From positions 1,344,001-1,408,000 of the forward strand of contig CAVYRF010000001.1 in NCBI GenBank assembly GCA_963770895.1: a DNA stretch of 64,000 bases, written 5' to 3'. Under the pieces are notes generated by a model. It did no database searches. It was not told the DNA's origin and saw nothing but the letters and a program-made list of their open reading frames with translations. This document shows, in pieces, positions 39,070 to 48,787 of this stretch (positions are counted from its first letter, which is position 1; the number at the start of each line of letters is the position of its first letter). The translations under genes were made by a program, and so were the position numbers. This stretch comes from an uncultured Acidobacteriota bacterium (GTDB lineage: Bacteria > Acidobacteriota > Thermoanaerobaculia > Multivoradales > UBA5704).

Positions 39070-40394
39070 TTGCCGTTCTCGGTGTCGGGTTGCGGATGGC
39101 GGCGGTGGGCGTGCTTCTGGCCCGCCGGTCCCCCGGCGCCACCGTTTCCGGCGTCGCCGGCGTTGCCGCCGGCGCCGTCGCCGCGGGATCTGCCGCGGGC
39201 GCCGCCGACGGCGACCTTGACGCCATCCTGCAACTTGTCGAAGCCGTTGACCGCCACCACCTGGCCGGCCGTGACGCCGCTGACCGCGGCAAAGCCGGCA
39301 TCGGTCGTGCCGACGGTGACCGGCTGGCTTTGCGCCGTCAGGTCGGCGCCGACGACGAAGACGAACGCGCCCTGGGCATTGCGCTGGATGGCAGCGGTGG
39401 GGACCAGGGTGGCGTCACCCTGCGTGCTGACCAGGAGGCGCGCATTGACGAACTGGCCGGGGAAGAGGGCGGCGTCCTGGTTGGGGAAGACCGCCTTGAG
39501 CTTGACCGTGCCGGTGGTGGCGTCGATCACGTTGTCGAGCGTCAGCAGGGCGCCGGACGCGATCTTTCTTTGCTGGGTGCGGTCGAAGGCGGTGACCGCC
39601 AGCTTGTGGCCCTGGCGCAGCTGGTCCTGGATCTGCGGCAGGTCGTCTTCGGCGACGCTGAGCACCACGGTGATCGGCTGCAGCTGGGTGATGACCACCA
39701 GGCCCGTGGTGCTGTTGGCCAGCACGATGTTGCCGGGATCCACCAGGCGCAGGCCGACGCGGCCTTCGATCGGCGAGGTGATGGAGCAGTACTGCAGGTT
39801 GACCTTGGCGCTGTCGACCAGGCCCTGGTCGTTCTTGACCGTGCCTTCGTCCTGCAGCACGACCTTCTCCTGGTCTTCGAGCTGCTGGGTGGCGATGGCA
39901 TTGCGCGCCGCCGCCGCCTGGTAGCGCTGCAGGTCGATGCGCGCTTCGGCCACTACCGCCTCGTCGTGCTCCAGCTGCCCCTGCGCCTGGGTGAGGGCGG
40001 CCTGGTAGGGGCGCGGATCGATGGCGATGAGCGACTGCCCCTTGTGGACCATCTGCCCTTCGGTGTAGCTGACGCTCATGATCTCGCCCTGCACGCGGCT
40101 GGTCACGGTCACCGTGTAGACCGGCGTCACCAGGCCCAGGGCGGTGATGTAGGAGTCGATCGGCCCCTGTTTGACCGTCGCCGTGTCGATCGGCACCGCG
40201 CGCGATCCCTGTCCACGGCCGCTTTTGGCCGATCGCCCCGTCGCCTGACGGGAATAGAAGAACAGCACCACCCCCGCGACGATCACGACGGGCAGCACCC
40301 ACACCCACCTGTGGCGTCCAGAGGAAGCCGGCTGGCCTGGCGCGGGGTCGCCGCCGCCGGGGCCGCCGGTCGAATGATCGATCTCTTCGGGCAT
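39066..40394 (-). CDS. mdtA: RND periplasmic adaptor MdtA/MuxA-like
   Basis: TM anchor, [44 protein letters not shown]...LFPGQFVN. First gene of the mdtABC-OMF operon. Confidence 0.9.
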   Translation of the reverse strand: MPEEIDHSTGGPGGGDPAPGQPASSGRHRWVWVLPVVIVAGVVLFFYSRQATGRSAKSGRGQGSRAVPIDTATVKQGPIDSYITALGLVTPVYTVTVTSRVQGEIMSVSYTEGQMVHKGQSLIAIDPRPYQAALTQAQGQLEHDEAVVAEARIDLQRYQAAAARNAIATQQLEDQEKVVLQDEGTVKNDQGLVDSAKVNLQYCSITSPIEGRVGLRLVDPGNIVLANSTTGLVVITQLQPITVVLSVAEDDLPQIQDQLRQGHKLAVTAFDRTQQRKIASGALLTLDNVIDATTGTVKLKAVFPNQDAALFPGQFVNARLLVSTQGDATLVPTAAIQRNAQGAFVFVVGADLTAQSQPVTVGTTDAGFAAVSGVTAGQVVAVNGFDKLQDGVKVAVGGARGRSRGDGAGGNAGDAGNGGAGGPAGQKHAHRRHPQPDTENGK

Positions 40395-40775
40395 GGATCA
40401 GTCCTTTTTCACCTGCTGCGCCTCTTTGCGAATGGGGTCTCGCCGCATGGCGAACGGCGGCCCGGCAAGCCGGGCCCGCGGCGCGCGCAGGGCGCCAGGA
40501 GCGCGCCCCAGCGGATAGACGTCACCCGCGCCCCGCCGGTTACCGCTGGGGCGGTGGCCTTGCCCCAGGTTCCCTCTAGAACGCCCCAGCGCCGCTCCGA
40601 GTTTCGCCGCGCCCGCCACCGCGCACCGGAACCGTCGTCCCCGCCGCCAGCCCGTCTGCCGCAGGCAGGAGCTCAGGTCCCTGCCGCCACGTCACCGCGC
40701 CCGCGGGCCTGCCTTGCCTCAGGCCACTTTGCCCGCGGGTGGAACCTATATGCCCCTGCCGGCGGCCAGCGCGAG

Positions 40776-41222
40776 CTAGAACGGGATGTCGTCGTCTTCG
40801 GGGGCGCCGCCGGGGCCGCCGAAGCCTTCGTCGTAGCTGGGGGCGCCGCCGGGTGCGGCGCTGTCGGCTTCGCCACCGCCCATGGCGCCGCCGCTGCGCG
40901 CCCCCAGCATCTGGAAATTGTCACACACGACCTCTGTCCGGTAGCGCTTTTCGCCGCTCTGGCGGTCCTCCCACGAGCGGGTCTGCAGCCGGCCTTCCAG
41001 ATAGATCTGCTTGCCCTTGGTGAGGTACTGGCCGGCGATCTCCGCCTGCTTGCCCCAGACCACTATGTTGTGCCACTCCGTCTGCTCCTGCCGCTGGCCG
41101 CTCTTGTCTTTCCAACGGCGGCTGGTGGCAAGGGTGAAGTTGGCGACAGGCTGGCCGGACGGAGTCGACCGCACTTCGGGGTCGCGGCCAAGATTGCCGA
41201 TCAGCAGGACTTTGTTCAACAT
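40776..41222 (-). CDS. ssb: Single-stranded DNA-binding protein
   Basis: [33 protein letters not shown] and C-terminal DDDIPF. Confidence 0.98.
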   Translation of the reverse strand: MLNKVLLIGNLGRDPEVRSTPSGQPVANFTLATSRRWKDKSGQRQEQTEWHNIVVWGKQAEIAGQYLTKGKQIYLEGRLQTRSWEDRQSGEKRYRTEVVCDNFQMLGARSGGAMGGGEADSAAPGGAPSYDEGFGGPGGAPEDDDIPF

Positions 41223-41329
41223 ACGCGGTTCTCCTCGAATTTGGAATGAGTTACGCTACCACATCGAGGGCGGGACCGGCGCCGTGCCCTCTTATCTGGA
41301 TAGACGCAAAACACCATGAGATTTCGTGC

Positions 41330-41767
41330 ATGCGCCTGGTGATCCAGCGCGTCAGCTCGGCCGCCGTGCGCGTCGCGGGCGAAACCGTCGGCAGCATCGG
41401 CCGCGGCCTGCTGGTGTTGGTGGGAGTCGAGCGCGGCGACCTGCCGGCGGCGGCCCAGGCGGCGGCGGAGAAGCTGGCCGGCCTGCGCGTCTTCGAGGAC
41501 GCGGCGGGCAAAATGAACCTCGACGCCGCCACGGCCGGCGGCGCCTTCCTGGTGGTCTCGCAGTTCACCCTGGCGGGGTCGCTGGCGCGCGGCCGCCGCC
41601 CTTCGTTCGAGCGCGCCGCGCCGCCCGAAGCCGCGGCGCCGCTGGTCGACCACCTGGTCCAATCGCTGCGCGCTCGCGGCTGCCAGGTCGCCACCGGCCG
41701 TTTCCGCGCCCACATGGACGTGGAGCTGGTCAACGACGGGCCGGTGACGCTGGTCGCCGACTTCTGA
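41330..41767 (+). CDS. dtd: D-aminoacyl-tRNA deacylase
   Basis: MRLVIQRV, LRVFED..GKMN, VSQFTL, GRRPSF and NDGPVT. Confidence 0.97.
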   Translation: MRLVIQRVSSAAVRVAGETVGSIGRGLLVLVGVERGDLPAAAQAAAEKLAGLRVFEDAAGKMNLDAATAGGAFLVVSQFTLAGSLARGRRPSFERAAPPEAAAPLVDHLVQSLRARGCQVATGRFRAHMDVELVNDGPVTLVADF

Positions 41768-41770
41768 GGG

Positions 41771-42856
41771 TCAGGACGCCGCCGTGGGACCGCCGGGGCC
41801 GCTAGTGGCCGTCGCGGCGGGCGGCGCCGGCGAGCTGTCGTCCGCCGCCAGGTCGGTGGCGCCGCGCGGCATGAAGCTGAGCACCAGGATGGCCAGCGCG
41901 ACGGCGGCCAGCGCCCGCCGGCGGCCGTCCAGCTTCACCGCCTCGTCGACGACCGGCGGGTGGTACAGGCCCATGGCGAAGATCACCACGCACCACACCA
42001 CCCAGCCGCCCCACAGGATGCCAGCCAGGGCGAGCGCCACCCACAGCGGCAGCGCCAACCGGCGCTGGAAGCGGCCGGCCACCGCATACAGGATGTGACC
42101 GCCGTCCAGCTGGCCGAGCGGCAGGAGGTTGATCGCGGTCGCCAGCAGGCCGAACCAGGCGGCCAGCGCGAACGGGTGCAGCCGCAGCGCCATGCCGTCG
42201 GCGAGCCGGCCGTGGAAGGCGCGAACGGCCAGCTCGAACGCCAGGCAGGAACCGGGCACCAGGCGCGAAGCGCCGGGCGGCAGCAGCAGCGGCGCCACCT
42301 GCGACCTGGCGACGCCGACCAGCAGGAAGGGCACCAGCGCCGCGAAGCCGGCCAGCGGGCCGGCGACGCCGACGTCGAACAGCTGGCGCTTGTCGCGGAT
42401 CGGCACGCGGATGCGGATGAAGGCCCCCAGGGTGCCGAGCACCGCCGGCAGGGGCAGAAAGTAGGGCAGCGTCGAGGGCAGCCGGTAGCGCCGGCACGCC
42501 AGGTAGTGCCCCATCTCGTGCACCAGCAGGATGAACAGCACCGGCAGCGAAAACGACAGGCCCAGGCGGAGCAGGGCGGGGTCGCTCCACACGCGGGCCA
42601 CCAGGCGCGGCGTGATCAGCGGGTAGACGTCCTCGGACAGGCCGACCTGGTTCCAGGCGACCAGGCCCGGACCGAGCGTCGTGGTGGTGAAGAAGGTCAG
42701 GCCCAGCAGCAGCAGCGCCCGGCCGTAGCGCGGCGGCGGCGGGGGCTGGGGTGCCGCCGGCAACGACGGCAGGGGCTCCTGACGCCTGAGCCAGGGCCAC
42801 GTCCGGGCGAATTGCCATGGTGGCGGCGCGCCCGGCCATCCGGGTTGCCCCGGCAC
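41771..42856 (-). CDS. Site-2 protease family (M50) intramembrane metalloprotease
   Basis: HEMGH, GTLGAFIRI, VGVAGPLAG and NLLPLGQLDGGH; GTG start inferred just after the HU stop. Confidence 0.92.
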   Translation of the reverse strand: MPGQPGWPGAPPPWQFARTWPWLRRQEPLPSLPAAPQPPPPPRYGRALLLLGLTFFTTTTLGPGLVAWNQVGLSEDVYPLITPRLVARVWSDPALLRLGLSFSLPVLFILLVHEMGHYLACRRYRLPSTLPYFLPLPAVLGTLGAFIRIRVPIRDKRQLFDVGVAGPLAGFAALVPFLLVGVARSQVAPLLLPPGASRLVPGSCLAFELAVRAFHGRLADGMALRLHPFALAAWFGLLATAINLLPLGQLDGGHILYAVAGRFQRRLALPLWVALALAGILWGGWVVWCVVIFAMGLYHPPVVDEAVKLDGRRRALAAVALAILVLSFMPRGATDLAADDSSPAPPAATATSGPGGPTAAS

Positions 42857-42866
42857 TCCATCCTGA

Positions 42867-43133
42867 TCAGAGATTCTTGAGGTCCTTGCCCGGCTTGAAG
42901 CGCACCGTCTTGCCTGGCGAGATCGCCACTTCGACGCCCGTCTTCGGGTTGCGCCCCACGCCCTTTTTGCGGTCGCGGACCTGGAACACGCCGAAGCCGC
43001 GAAGCTCGATGCGCTTGCCGTCGCACAGCGCATTCTTCATCGCGTCGATGATGGTGTCGACCGCCTGGGCAGCCTTCACCCTGGGCACGTCGGTGCTCTC
43101 CGCCACGTGGTCGACAATGTCAGACTTGATCAT
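42867..43133 (-). CDS. HU/IHF family DNA-binding protein
   Basis: IELRGFGVF, GRNPKTG and VRFKPGK. Confidence 0.96.
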   Translation of the reverse strand: MIKSDIVDHVAESTDVPRVKAAQAVDTIIDAMKNALCDGKRIELRGFGVFQVRDRKKGVGRNPKTGVEVAISPGKTVRFKPGKDLKNL

Positions 43134-43154
43134 TTGAGCTCCGAAACGGCGGCG

Positions 43155-43184
43155 AGTCTAGCAACCGGTCGGACAAGGTGTCAA
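43155..43184 (-). promoter_or_regulatory. Sigma70-type promoter for the HU gene
   Basis: TTGACA-18 nt-TAGACT with extended TG on the minus strand. Confidence 0.7.
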
Positions 43185-43200
43185 CCGAGCCAAATCCTTG

Positions 43201-45207
43201 TCACGACAGAGGGTAACCGCGCTTCATACGGAGGATGCAGCGCTCGAACGCGGTCGCCGTCGTCGCCCTCAGCCGCTGCATGTCCTCGAGATCGATCCCC
43301 GCGAACCCGCGGTTGCCGCCATCCGCATAGATGACCATGACCAGCCGATCGCGCAGGCGCACCGGCAGTACGACGCAGTCGCGCGGCAGCCCGCCGCCCC
43401 AGCACAGAGCCAGTTTGCGGTGGGCCTGCATGGCCGGTAACGGCCCCAGGTGCATGCCGCTGCCCTGCTGCAGGTTGAGGAACACCGACGGCTCGTCGAA
43501 GCCCACCTGGTAGCGCGCGAACGCTTCCTGGTCGATGCCTTCGCCGGCGGCCATCCAGCCGGTCACCCGCGTACGGGTGATCTGGAACAGCGCCACGCGC
43601 CGGAAGCTTTGCGCCAGGTAGCTGAGCACGATGCGCCCCACTTCCTCACGGTCGGTGGTGGCGGCGAACTCGGCTTCGACCTGCGCCACGTCGGCCGGGG
43701 CCTGGCGCGGCGGCGCCGGCGCCGCCGCCGGGGCCTGGTCGCCCGAGCTGCCGGCAGCCGGCGCGTCGTCCAGCCCCAGCGACGAGCGCTCCTCGGCGCT
43801 GAGAACGATCTTTTGCACCACGTGGACCGTTCCCGTCGCCGTCCGCCGCGGGCCGGCGGCGGTGTCGGGGGCGGCGGGCAGGACGGTGGCGTGGGCGCCG
43901 CTGGCGCGCGGGCCCAGCACGACGGTCGTTTCCAGGTCGGCCGCCCGCCTCGCCGCGCGCGCCGCGGCGGCCGGCAGCGGCGGCAGCGCTTCGTCCGGGA
44001 TGCCGGCGGGCCGCACCACTTCCAGCGGACGCACCGCGGCGGCGGGGCGCACCGCCCGGTCCGGCACGGCCTCGGACGGCTGCGGCGACTCGGCCGGTGA
44101 GGCCGTGACGCCCGGAGGCTGCCCCGGCACCTCCGCCGCGGTGTCGTCGCCGTCGAGCGGGGGTGTCGTCGCCGCGGGTGCCGCGGGCACGGCGCCGGCT
44201 TTGGCGGCTTCGCCGGACGCGGGGCCGGCATCACGGTCGCCGACGGCAGCGGCGGCCCCGGTGGCGGCAGGGCCGGCGTCGGCAGGGCCGGCGGGCGCGG
44301 TGTCGGGAGAAGCGGGAGCAGAAGCGGGAGCAGAGGTGGCGGCGGGCGCGGCAGGCTCGACCCGCGGCGCGGCGGCTGCCGGCTGGGGCGCGGCGGCAGC
44401 GGTGACGACCGGCGCGGGCGGCGGTGTCGGCGCACCCCGCTGGCGCTGCGGCCGGGCACGCAGGTCGAGCTCTTCGAGCGGCGGCAGGATCTCGCCGCCG
44501 CCGCCGTCGGCGCCGGCGGCCGGTGGCTCGCTGGGGTTGGCGGCGGTGCGCGAGCGGAACAGCGACCGGCGGCGCGGCAGCGGCGGCAGCGCCGGCTCGG
44601 GCAGCGGCGGCGGCGCCATGCGCGGCGGCGCACCCAGCAGGTCGCCCGCGGGCAGCGCCCGGAGCACTTCGGTGCGGTCGCCGCGGGCTTCGCCGGCGGC
44701 GGCACCCGCACCGCTGCGCTCGCCCCACAGGTAGCGGGCGCGGTTCAGGCGGTCGAGCAGCAGGCCGTAGCGCGACGGGCACTCCTCGCGGTAGTAGCGC
44801 TGCAGCGCTTCGTAGATGCGCAGCTCGTGCAGGACGTGGACCTTGACCCGCCGGCCGCAGGCAAAGGCGATCTCGTCCTGGCCGACCAGGTTGCGCGGGT
44901 CCTGCATGGCGACGTCGAGGCGCCCCCCCGCCACCCGGAACGGCACCGCGCGGCAGCGCCGGGCCAGCTTTTCGGGGATGAGGTGCAGCACTTCGTCCGG
45001 GATGCCGCGCAGCTCTTCGATGCCGGCCGCGGGCACTCCCTGCTGTTCGGACAGGGAGCGCGCCAGCAGGTCTTCGCCCAGCACGTCCATTTCGATCAGG
45101 CAGGTGCCCAGGCGGCCGCCGACCGAATTCTGGCTTTGCAGGGCGCGGGTGAGCTGCTGGACGGTGATCCAGCCCCGCGCGACGAGGAGCTGTCCGAGCT
45201 TACCCAT
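43201..45207 (-). CDS. MshEN/GSPII_N-domain protein without ATPase; long Pro/Ala linker and C-terminal GAF-like domain
   Basis: Tandem KLGQLLVARGWIT..QL..AL..Q and RLGTCLI....L....L...L..Q motifs, followed by IPEKLARRCRAVPF and VAMQDP. Confidence 0.8.
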   Translation of the reverse strand: MGKLGQLLVARGWITVQQLTRALQSQNSVGGRLGTCLIEMDVLGEDLLARSLSEQQGVPAAGIEELRGIPDEVLHLIPEKLARRCRAVPFRVAGGRLDVAMQDPRNLVGQDEIAFACGRRVKVHVLHELRIYEALQRYYREECPSRYGLLLDRLNRARYLWGERSGAGAAAGEARGDRTEVLRALPAGDLLGAPPRMAPPPLPEPALPPLPRRRSLFRSRTAANPSEPPAAGADGGGGEILPPLEELDLRARPQRQRGAPTPPPAPVVTAAAAPQPAAAAPRVEPAAPAATSAPASAPASPDTAPAGPADAGPAATGAAAAVGDRDAGPASGEAAKAGAVPAAPAATTPPLDGDDTAAEVPGQPPGVTASPAESPQPSEAVPDRAVRPAAAVRPLEVVRPAGIPDEALPPLPAAAARAARRAADLETTVVLGPRASGAHATVLPAAPDTAAGPRRTATGTVHVVQKIVLSAEERSSLGLDDAPAAGSSGDQAPAAAPAPPRQAPADVAQVEAEFAATTDREEVGRIVLSYLAQSFRRVALFQITRTRVTGWMAAGEGIDQEAFARYQVGFDEPSVFLNLQQGSGMHLGPLPAMQAHRKLALCWGGGLPRDCVVLPVRLRDRLVMVIYADGGNRGFAGIDLEDMQRLRATTATAFERCILRMKRGYPLS

Positions 45208-45332
45208 GCTCGCGAGATGATGGAGTGGTCAAAGGCGAGAGGCTGCTGAAGGGGTCCGGGGTTGGTTTCCTAACTTACTGTCTAGTAGCCACTTATCTAC
45301 TGATCCCGGATTATAGAAGCGGCTATGCAGCC

Positions 45333-45368
45333 TTGTAAAGCGCCTTGCCGCGCTGCTATCCTCAATCA
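45333..45368 (+). promoter_or_regulatory. Sigma70-type promoter, probably leaderless, for the TPR gene
   Basis: TTGTAA-18 nt-TATCCT (preceded by TGc), then 6 nt to the ATG at 45369. Confidence 0.65.
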
Positions 45369-47495
45369 ATGTCGCGGTCTCTGCGTCCGTCCCCCTCGCT
45401 GGCCCCCCTCCTGCTCCTCCTCGCAGCCGCCGCCGCTCCGGCCCATCTGGCCTTCGCAGCCCAAGAGGTCCCTGTCGACGCCGTCCAGGCGCCGCCTGCC
45501 ACCTCGTCCGGCCAGCCTGCCGCCCAGCCCGACCTGGCGGCACCCCCGGCGCACGCCGCCGCCGCGGCGGCGGCGGACTCTGCCGACTACGACTTTCTGA
45601 TCGCCAACCTGCAGGCATCCGACGGCATGCTTTCCGAGGCGCTGGCACTGTTCGAAAAGGCGGAAAAAGACCGCCCCGATTCCGCCTATGTCCACCTCGA
45701 GCACTCCCAGGTGCTGGGGCGCATGGCCCAGGCCAGCCGGCCGGGCACGGCGCAGACCAACTACCTGCGCCAGGCCGCGGCCCAGGTGGACAAGGCTCGG
45801 CAGCTGGCGCCGCACAACCTGGACGTCCTGCGCGGCGTCGGCGCCGTCTACATCGAGCTGGCTTCGGTCGACCCGCTCGCCGCCACCACCGCGCTCGACG
45901 CCCTCCAGACGGTGCACCAGAGCGAACCTGACGACGTGCAGACGGCGCTCAACCTCGGGCGGCTCTACCTCGAGCAGCAGCAGGCCGCCAAGGCGGCGGC
46001 GATCTTCCGCGACATCATCGAACGCTTCCCGCAACAGCGCGCCGCCTATGCCCTGCTGGTCGAATCGCTGCTGCGCGACGACAAAGGCAAGGAAGCCGAA
46101 GCGGTGCTGGCCCAGATCCTCGACTTCGAACCCGATGCGATCGAAGCGCGCCTGACCCTGGCCGAGCTGCAAAACCGCCGCGGCGACTACCGGGCGGAGC
46201 TGGCGACGCTGTCCGCCGCGCCCGCCGACGAACAGCCCGATCCGCGCCTGCAGCGGCAGCTCGGCTGGGCCTACTACATGACCGGCGACATCAACCGGGC
46301 TCTCGCCACCGTCGATCCGCTGCTCGCGCACGGCGGCGACGCCGCGACGGCCGCCGACGGCGAGGACTCCCAGCTGCTGCTGCTCAAGGGGCTGATCCTG
46401 GCGGCGCGAGGCGACAACGACCAGGCGGCGGAAGTGCTCGAAAAGGTGCGCGGCACGCGCCCCAACGACCCTGGCCTGGCCAGCATCACCTCCAAGGTGC
46501 TGGCGCGCGCCGGTCATACCGAGCGCGCCGCCCACGTTCTGGCGGAGCTCGATTCCGGCCTGGCCAAGGCGGGCAAGCAGGACGAAGAGCACCAGGCTCG
46601 CCTGGAGCTGGCGCAGGTCTATTACGACGCCAAGGATTGGGACCGGGTGGGTGAAACGCTGCAGCCTTTGCTGCGTCTGGCCGCCGACGACCAGGCGGCG
46701 CGCGAATCGGCGCAGCTGCTGGCCGCCGACGCCCTGGTGCAGCGCAAGAGCTACGACGCGGCGCTGCTGCTGCTCGACCAGGGCCAGGCGGCGCATCCCC
46801 TGCCGGCCCTGGCCGGCAAGCGCGCCGAAGTGCTCTACAAGGCCGGGCGCAGCCGTGAAGCCGGTCACGACCTGGACCAGCTGGCCGCTTCCAAGGATCC
46901 CCTGGCGGCCCTGGCGGCGGCGGAGACCTACCAGCGGTTGGAGCGCTACCCGGAATCCGTGCCGGTGTTGGAGCGCGTGCTGGCCAAAACTCCCGATCTA
47001 CAGCCGCAGAGCATCAAGGCGGCGCAGTTTCTGCTGGGGGCCGGCTATGAGCGCTCAGGCAAGCGCGACCAGGCGGTCAGCCAGTTCCGGCGCCTGCTCG
47101 ACGCCGATCCTGACTATCACGCCGCGCTCAACTATCTGGGCTACATGTACGCCGAACGCGGCGAAAACCTGGCCGAAGCCAAAACCATGATCGAGAAGGC
47201 GGTGGCGCTCGATCCTGACAACGGCGCCTACGTCGACTCGCTGGGCTGGGTCTACTACCGGCTCGGCCGGCTGGACGACGCCCGCGCGGCGCTCGAGCGG
47301 GCGACGCGGCTGGAAACCAGCGACAGCACGGTGCAGGAGCACCTGGGCGACGTCTACGGCGCCCTCGGTCAGGCCGACAGGGCAGGCGAAGCCTACCGCC
47401 ACGCCATCGCGCTCGCCGGCGCCGACGACCCCGCCAAGGCCAAAGAGCTGCAGCACAAGCTTGACACCCTGGGCGGCGGCGCCCACCGGCCCTGA
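45369..47495 (+). CDS. Secreted multi-TPR protein (type found upstream of lolB)
   Basis: Signal peptide, many TPRs, and C-terminal ALNYLGYMYAERG, AVALDPDNGAYVDSLGWVYY and EHLGDVY. Confidence 0.88.
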   Translation: MSRSLRPSPSLAPLLLLLAAAAAPAHLAFAAQEVPVDAVQAPPATSSGQPAAQPDLAAPPAHAAAAAAADSADYDFLIANLQASDGMLSEALALFEKAEKDRPDSAYVHLEHSQVLGRMAQASRPGTAQTNYLRQAAAQVDKARQLAPHNLDVLRGVGAVYIELASVDPLAATTALDALQTVHQSEPDDVQTALNLGRLYLEQQQAAKAAAIFRDIIERFPQQRAAYALLVESLLRDDKGKEAEAVLAQILDFEPDAIEARLTLAELQNRRGDYRAELATLSAAPADEQPDPRLQRQLGWAYYMTGDINRALATVDPLLAHGGDAATAADGEDSQLLLLKGLILAARGDNDQAAEVLEKVRGTRPNDPGLASITSKVLARAGHTERAAHVLAELDSGLAKAGKQDEEHQARLELAQVYYDAKDWDRVGETLQPLLRLAADDQAARESAQLLAADALVQRKSYDAALLLLDQGQAAHPLPALAGKRAEVLYKAGRSREAGHDLDQLAASKDPLAALAAAETYQRLERYPESVPVLERVLAKTPDLQPQSIKAAQFLLGAGYERSGKRDQAVSQFRRLLDADPDYHAALNYLGYMYAERGENLAEAKTMIEKAVALDPDNGAYVDSLGWVYYRLGRLDDARAALERATRLETSDSTVQEHLGDVYGALGQADRAGEAYRHAIALAGADDPAKAKELQHKLDTLGGGAHRP

Positions 47496-48439
47496 AAATC
47501 CGCGACGGTTCCCTGCCGCGGCGTGCCGCCGCGCTGCTCGTCCTGCTGGTTCTCGGCGGCTGCGCCACCAATCGCCCGCCGGTTGGTGCGGTGCCGGCGG
47601 CGGCCCCCGGCGCTGCGCCTCGCGGCGATGCGGCCGCGGCCGCATCGCCGGCACCCTGGCAGGTGCCTGCCGACGCCTACGGCTCGCAAAGTCTCTATCG
47701 CGTGACGGTGACCGGCAGCGAGGGCGACGGCAGCGTCAAGCTGACCCTGCGTCTCGCCGCACCGGACCGCTTCCAGGCGCAGGCTGCAGACCCGCTGGGA
47801 AGGGGGCTGTGGGACCTGGACGTGGCCGGCGGCCGCGGTCTCTGGCTGGACCATCGCAGCCGCACCTTCTGCCGGCTCGCCGGGGAGGTGGAGCTGGCGG
47901 CGCTGCCGCTCGGCCCGCTGTCGCCGTCGGCGCTGCCGCCGCTACTGCTGGGGCGCCTGCCGGTGCCGCCTGCCGATGCGTCGGGCGTCGGGCGCCGGCC
48001 GCTGGGCGGCGGCGCCGGCGAGGATTGGAGCTTCCACGACGCCGCGGGCCGCCGCTGGGGGGCGGTGGTCAAGGATGGAACGGTGCTCAGCTGGACGCTG
48101 TGGCAGCCGGGGGCTGCCGCGCCGCTGCTGTCGTGGGTGGCCGCCGCCGGAGCGGGCAGCGGCGGCGCCTGGGCGGAGCTGACCGACCGGCGCAAAGGCG
48201 TTCGCGTACGGTGGCGGCAGGTGCTGCGCGAACCGTTGCGTCCATCGTCGGGATCGCCGGGGCCGCCAGGACCGCCGGCGGCGGTGCCTGGCGCCACCGC
48301 CGGGATGGGCGGGCTGGGTGGGACGGGCGGCACCGCCGGCGCTACCGGCGGCCCTGGCGACGGCACCGGTCAGCTCCCGCTGCCCGCACCGTATTCGGGC
48401 TACCGCGAAGTGGTCTGCAGCCACCCGCCGGCGGCGTGA
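47492..48439 (+). CDS. Lipoprotein, LolB-like by motif and position; inferred CTG start
   Basis: The frame extends upstream of the ORF-track start to CTG 47492 (CTGA overlap), giving the signal peptide ..RRAAALLVLLVLGG-C. There is an in-frame stop at 47462 and an AADPLGRGL motif. Confidence 0.65.
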   Translation: MKIRDGSLPRRAAALLVLLVLGGCATNRPPVGAVPAAAPGAAPRGDAAAAASPAPWQVPADAYGSQSLYRVTVTGSEGDGSVKLTLRLAAPDRFQAQAADPLGRGLWDLDVAGGRGLWLDHRSRTFCRLAGEVELAALPLGPLSPSALPPLLLGRLPVPPADASGVGRRPLGGGAGEDWSFHDAAGRRWGAVVKDGTVLSWTLWQPGAAAPLLSWVAAAGAGSGGAWAELTDRRKGVRVRWRQVLREPLRPSSGSPGPPGPPAAVPGATAGMGGLGGTGGTAGATGGPGDGTGQLPLPAPYSGYREVVCSHPPAA

Positions 48440-48453
48440 AGCACCGGCCGGTG

Positions 48454-48618
48454 CAAGTGCCCCGCCCGGTTCATTCGCATGGTATTCGCTTGCCCTCCGG
48501 CCCCCTGGCGGCGTTGCGCCTCCTCGACATAGGTTCGACTATGCCTGCGTCGGCGCGCCTTGCCAGAGGACCGGACTGCGGCGCGACTACCAAGCGAATG
48601 AACCGGGCGGGCCACTGG
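48454..48618. repeat. Palindromic MITE/ERIC-like element, copy 3 (inverted, divergent arms)
   Basis: Reverse complement of the shared core (gcgttgcgcctcctcgacataggttcgactatgcctgcgtcggcgcgcc). Arms cccgcccggttcattcgc / gcgaatgaaccgggcggg. Confidence 0.8.
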
Positions 48619-48628
48619 TGACGATCAT

Positions 48629-48657
48629 TTGACAGTCCACCGCCCGGCCTCTAGCAT
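48629..48657 (+). promoter_or_regulatory. Sigma70-type promoter upstream of spoVG
   Basis: TTGACA-17 nt-TAGCAT; a second TATAAT lies at 48731. Confidence 0.7.
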
Positions 48658-48787
48658 ATGCCCCCGGATGTGGGACGGAGGTGTGCTCCGGTGAAGCGTG
48701 TGCTCCAGCTCTCAAAGGCTAGGACGGGTATATAATCAAGGTATTGACGCCCGTTGGCCGACCAGGGATGGTGAGAGGACGTGTGAC

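Noticed and set aside
11067-48618. Repeat copies as CRISPR repeats or integron attC sites
   Set aside because: The copies are dispersed, ~168 bp, have no spacers, lack RYYYAAC/GTTRRRY ends, and there is no cas or intI gene.
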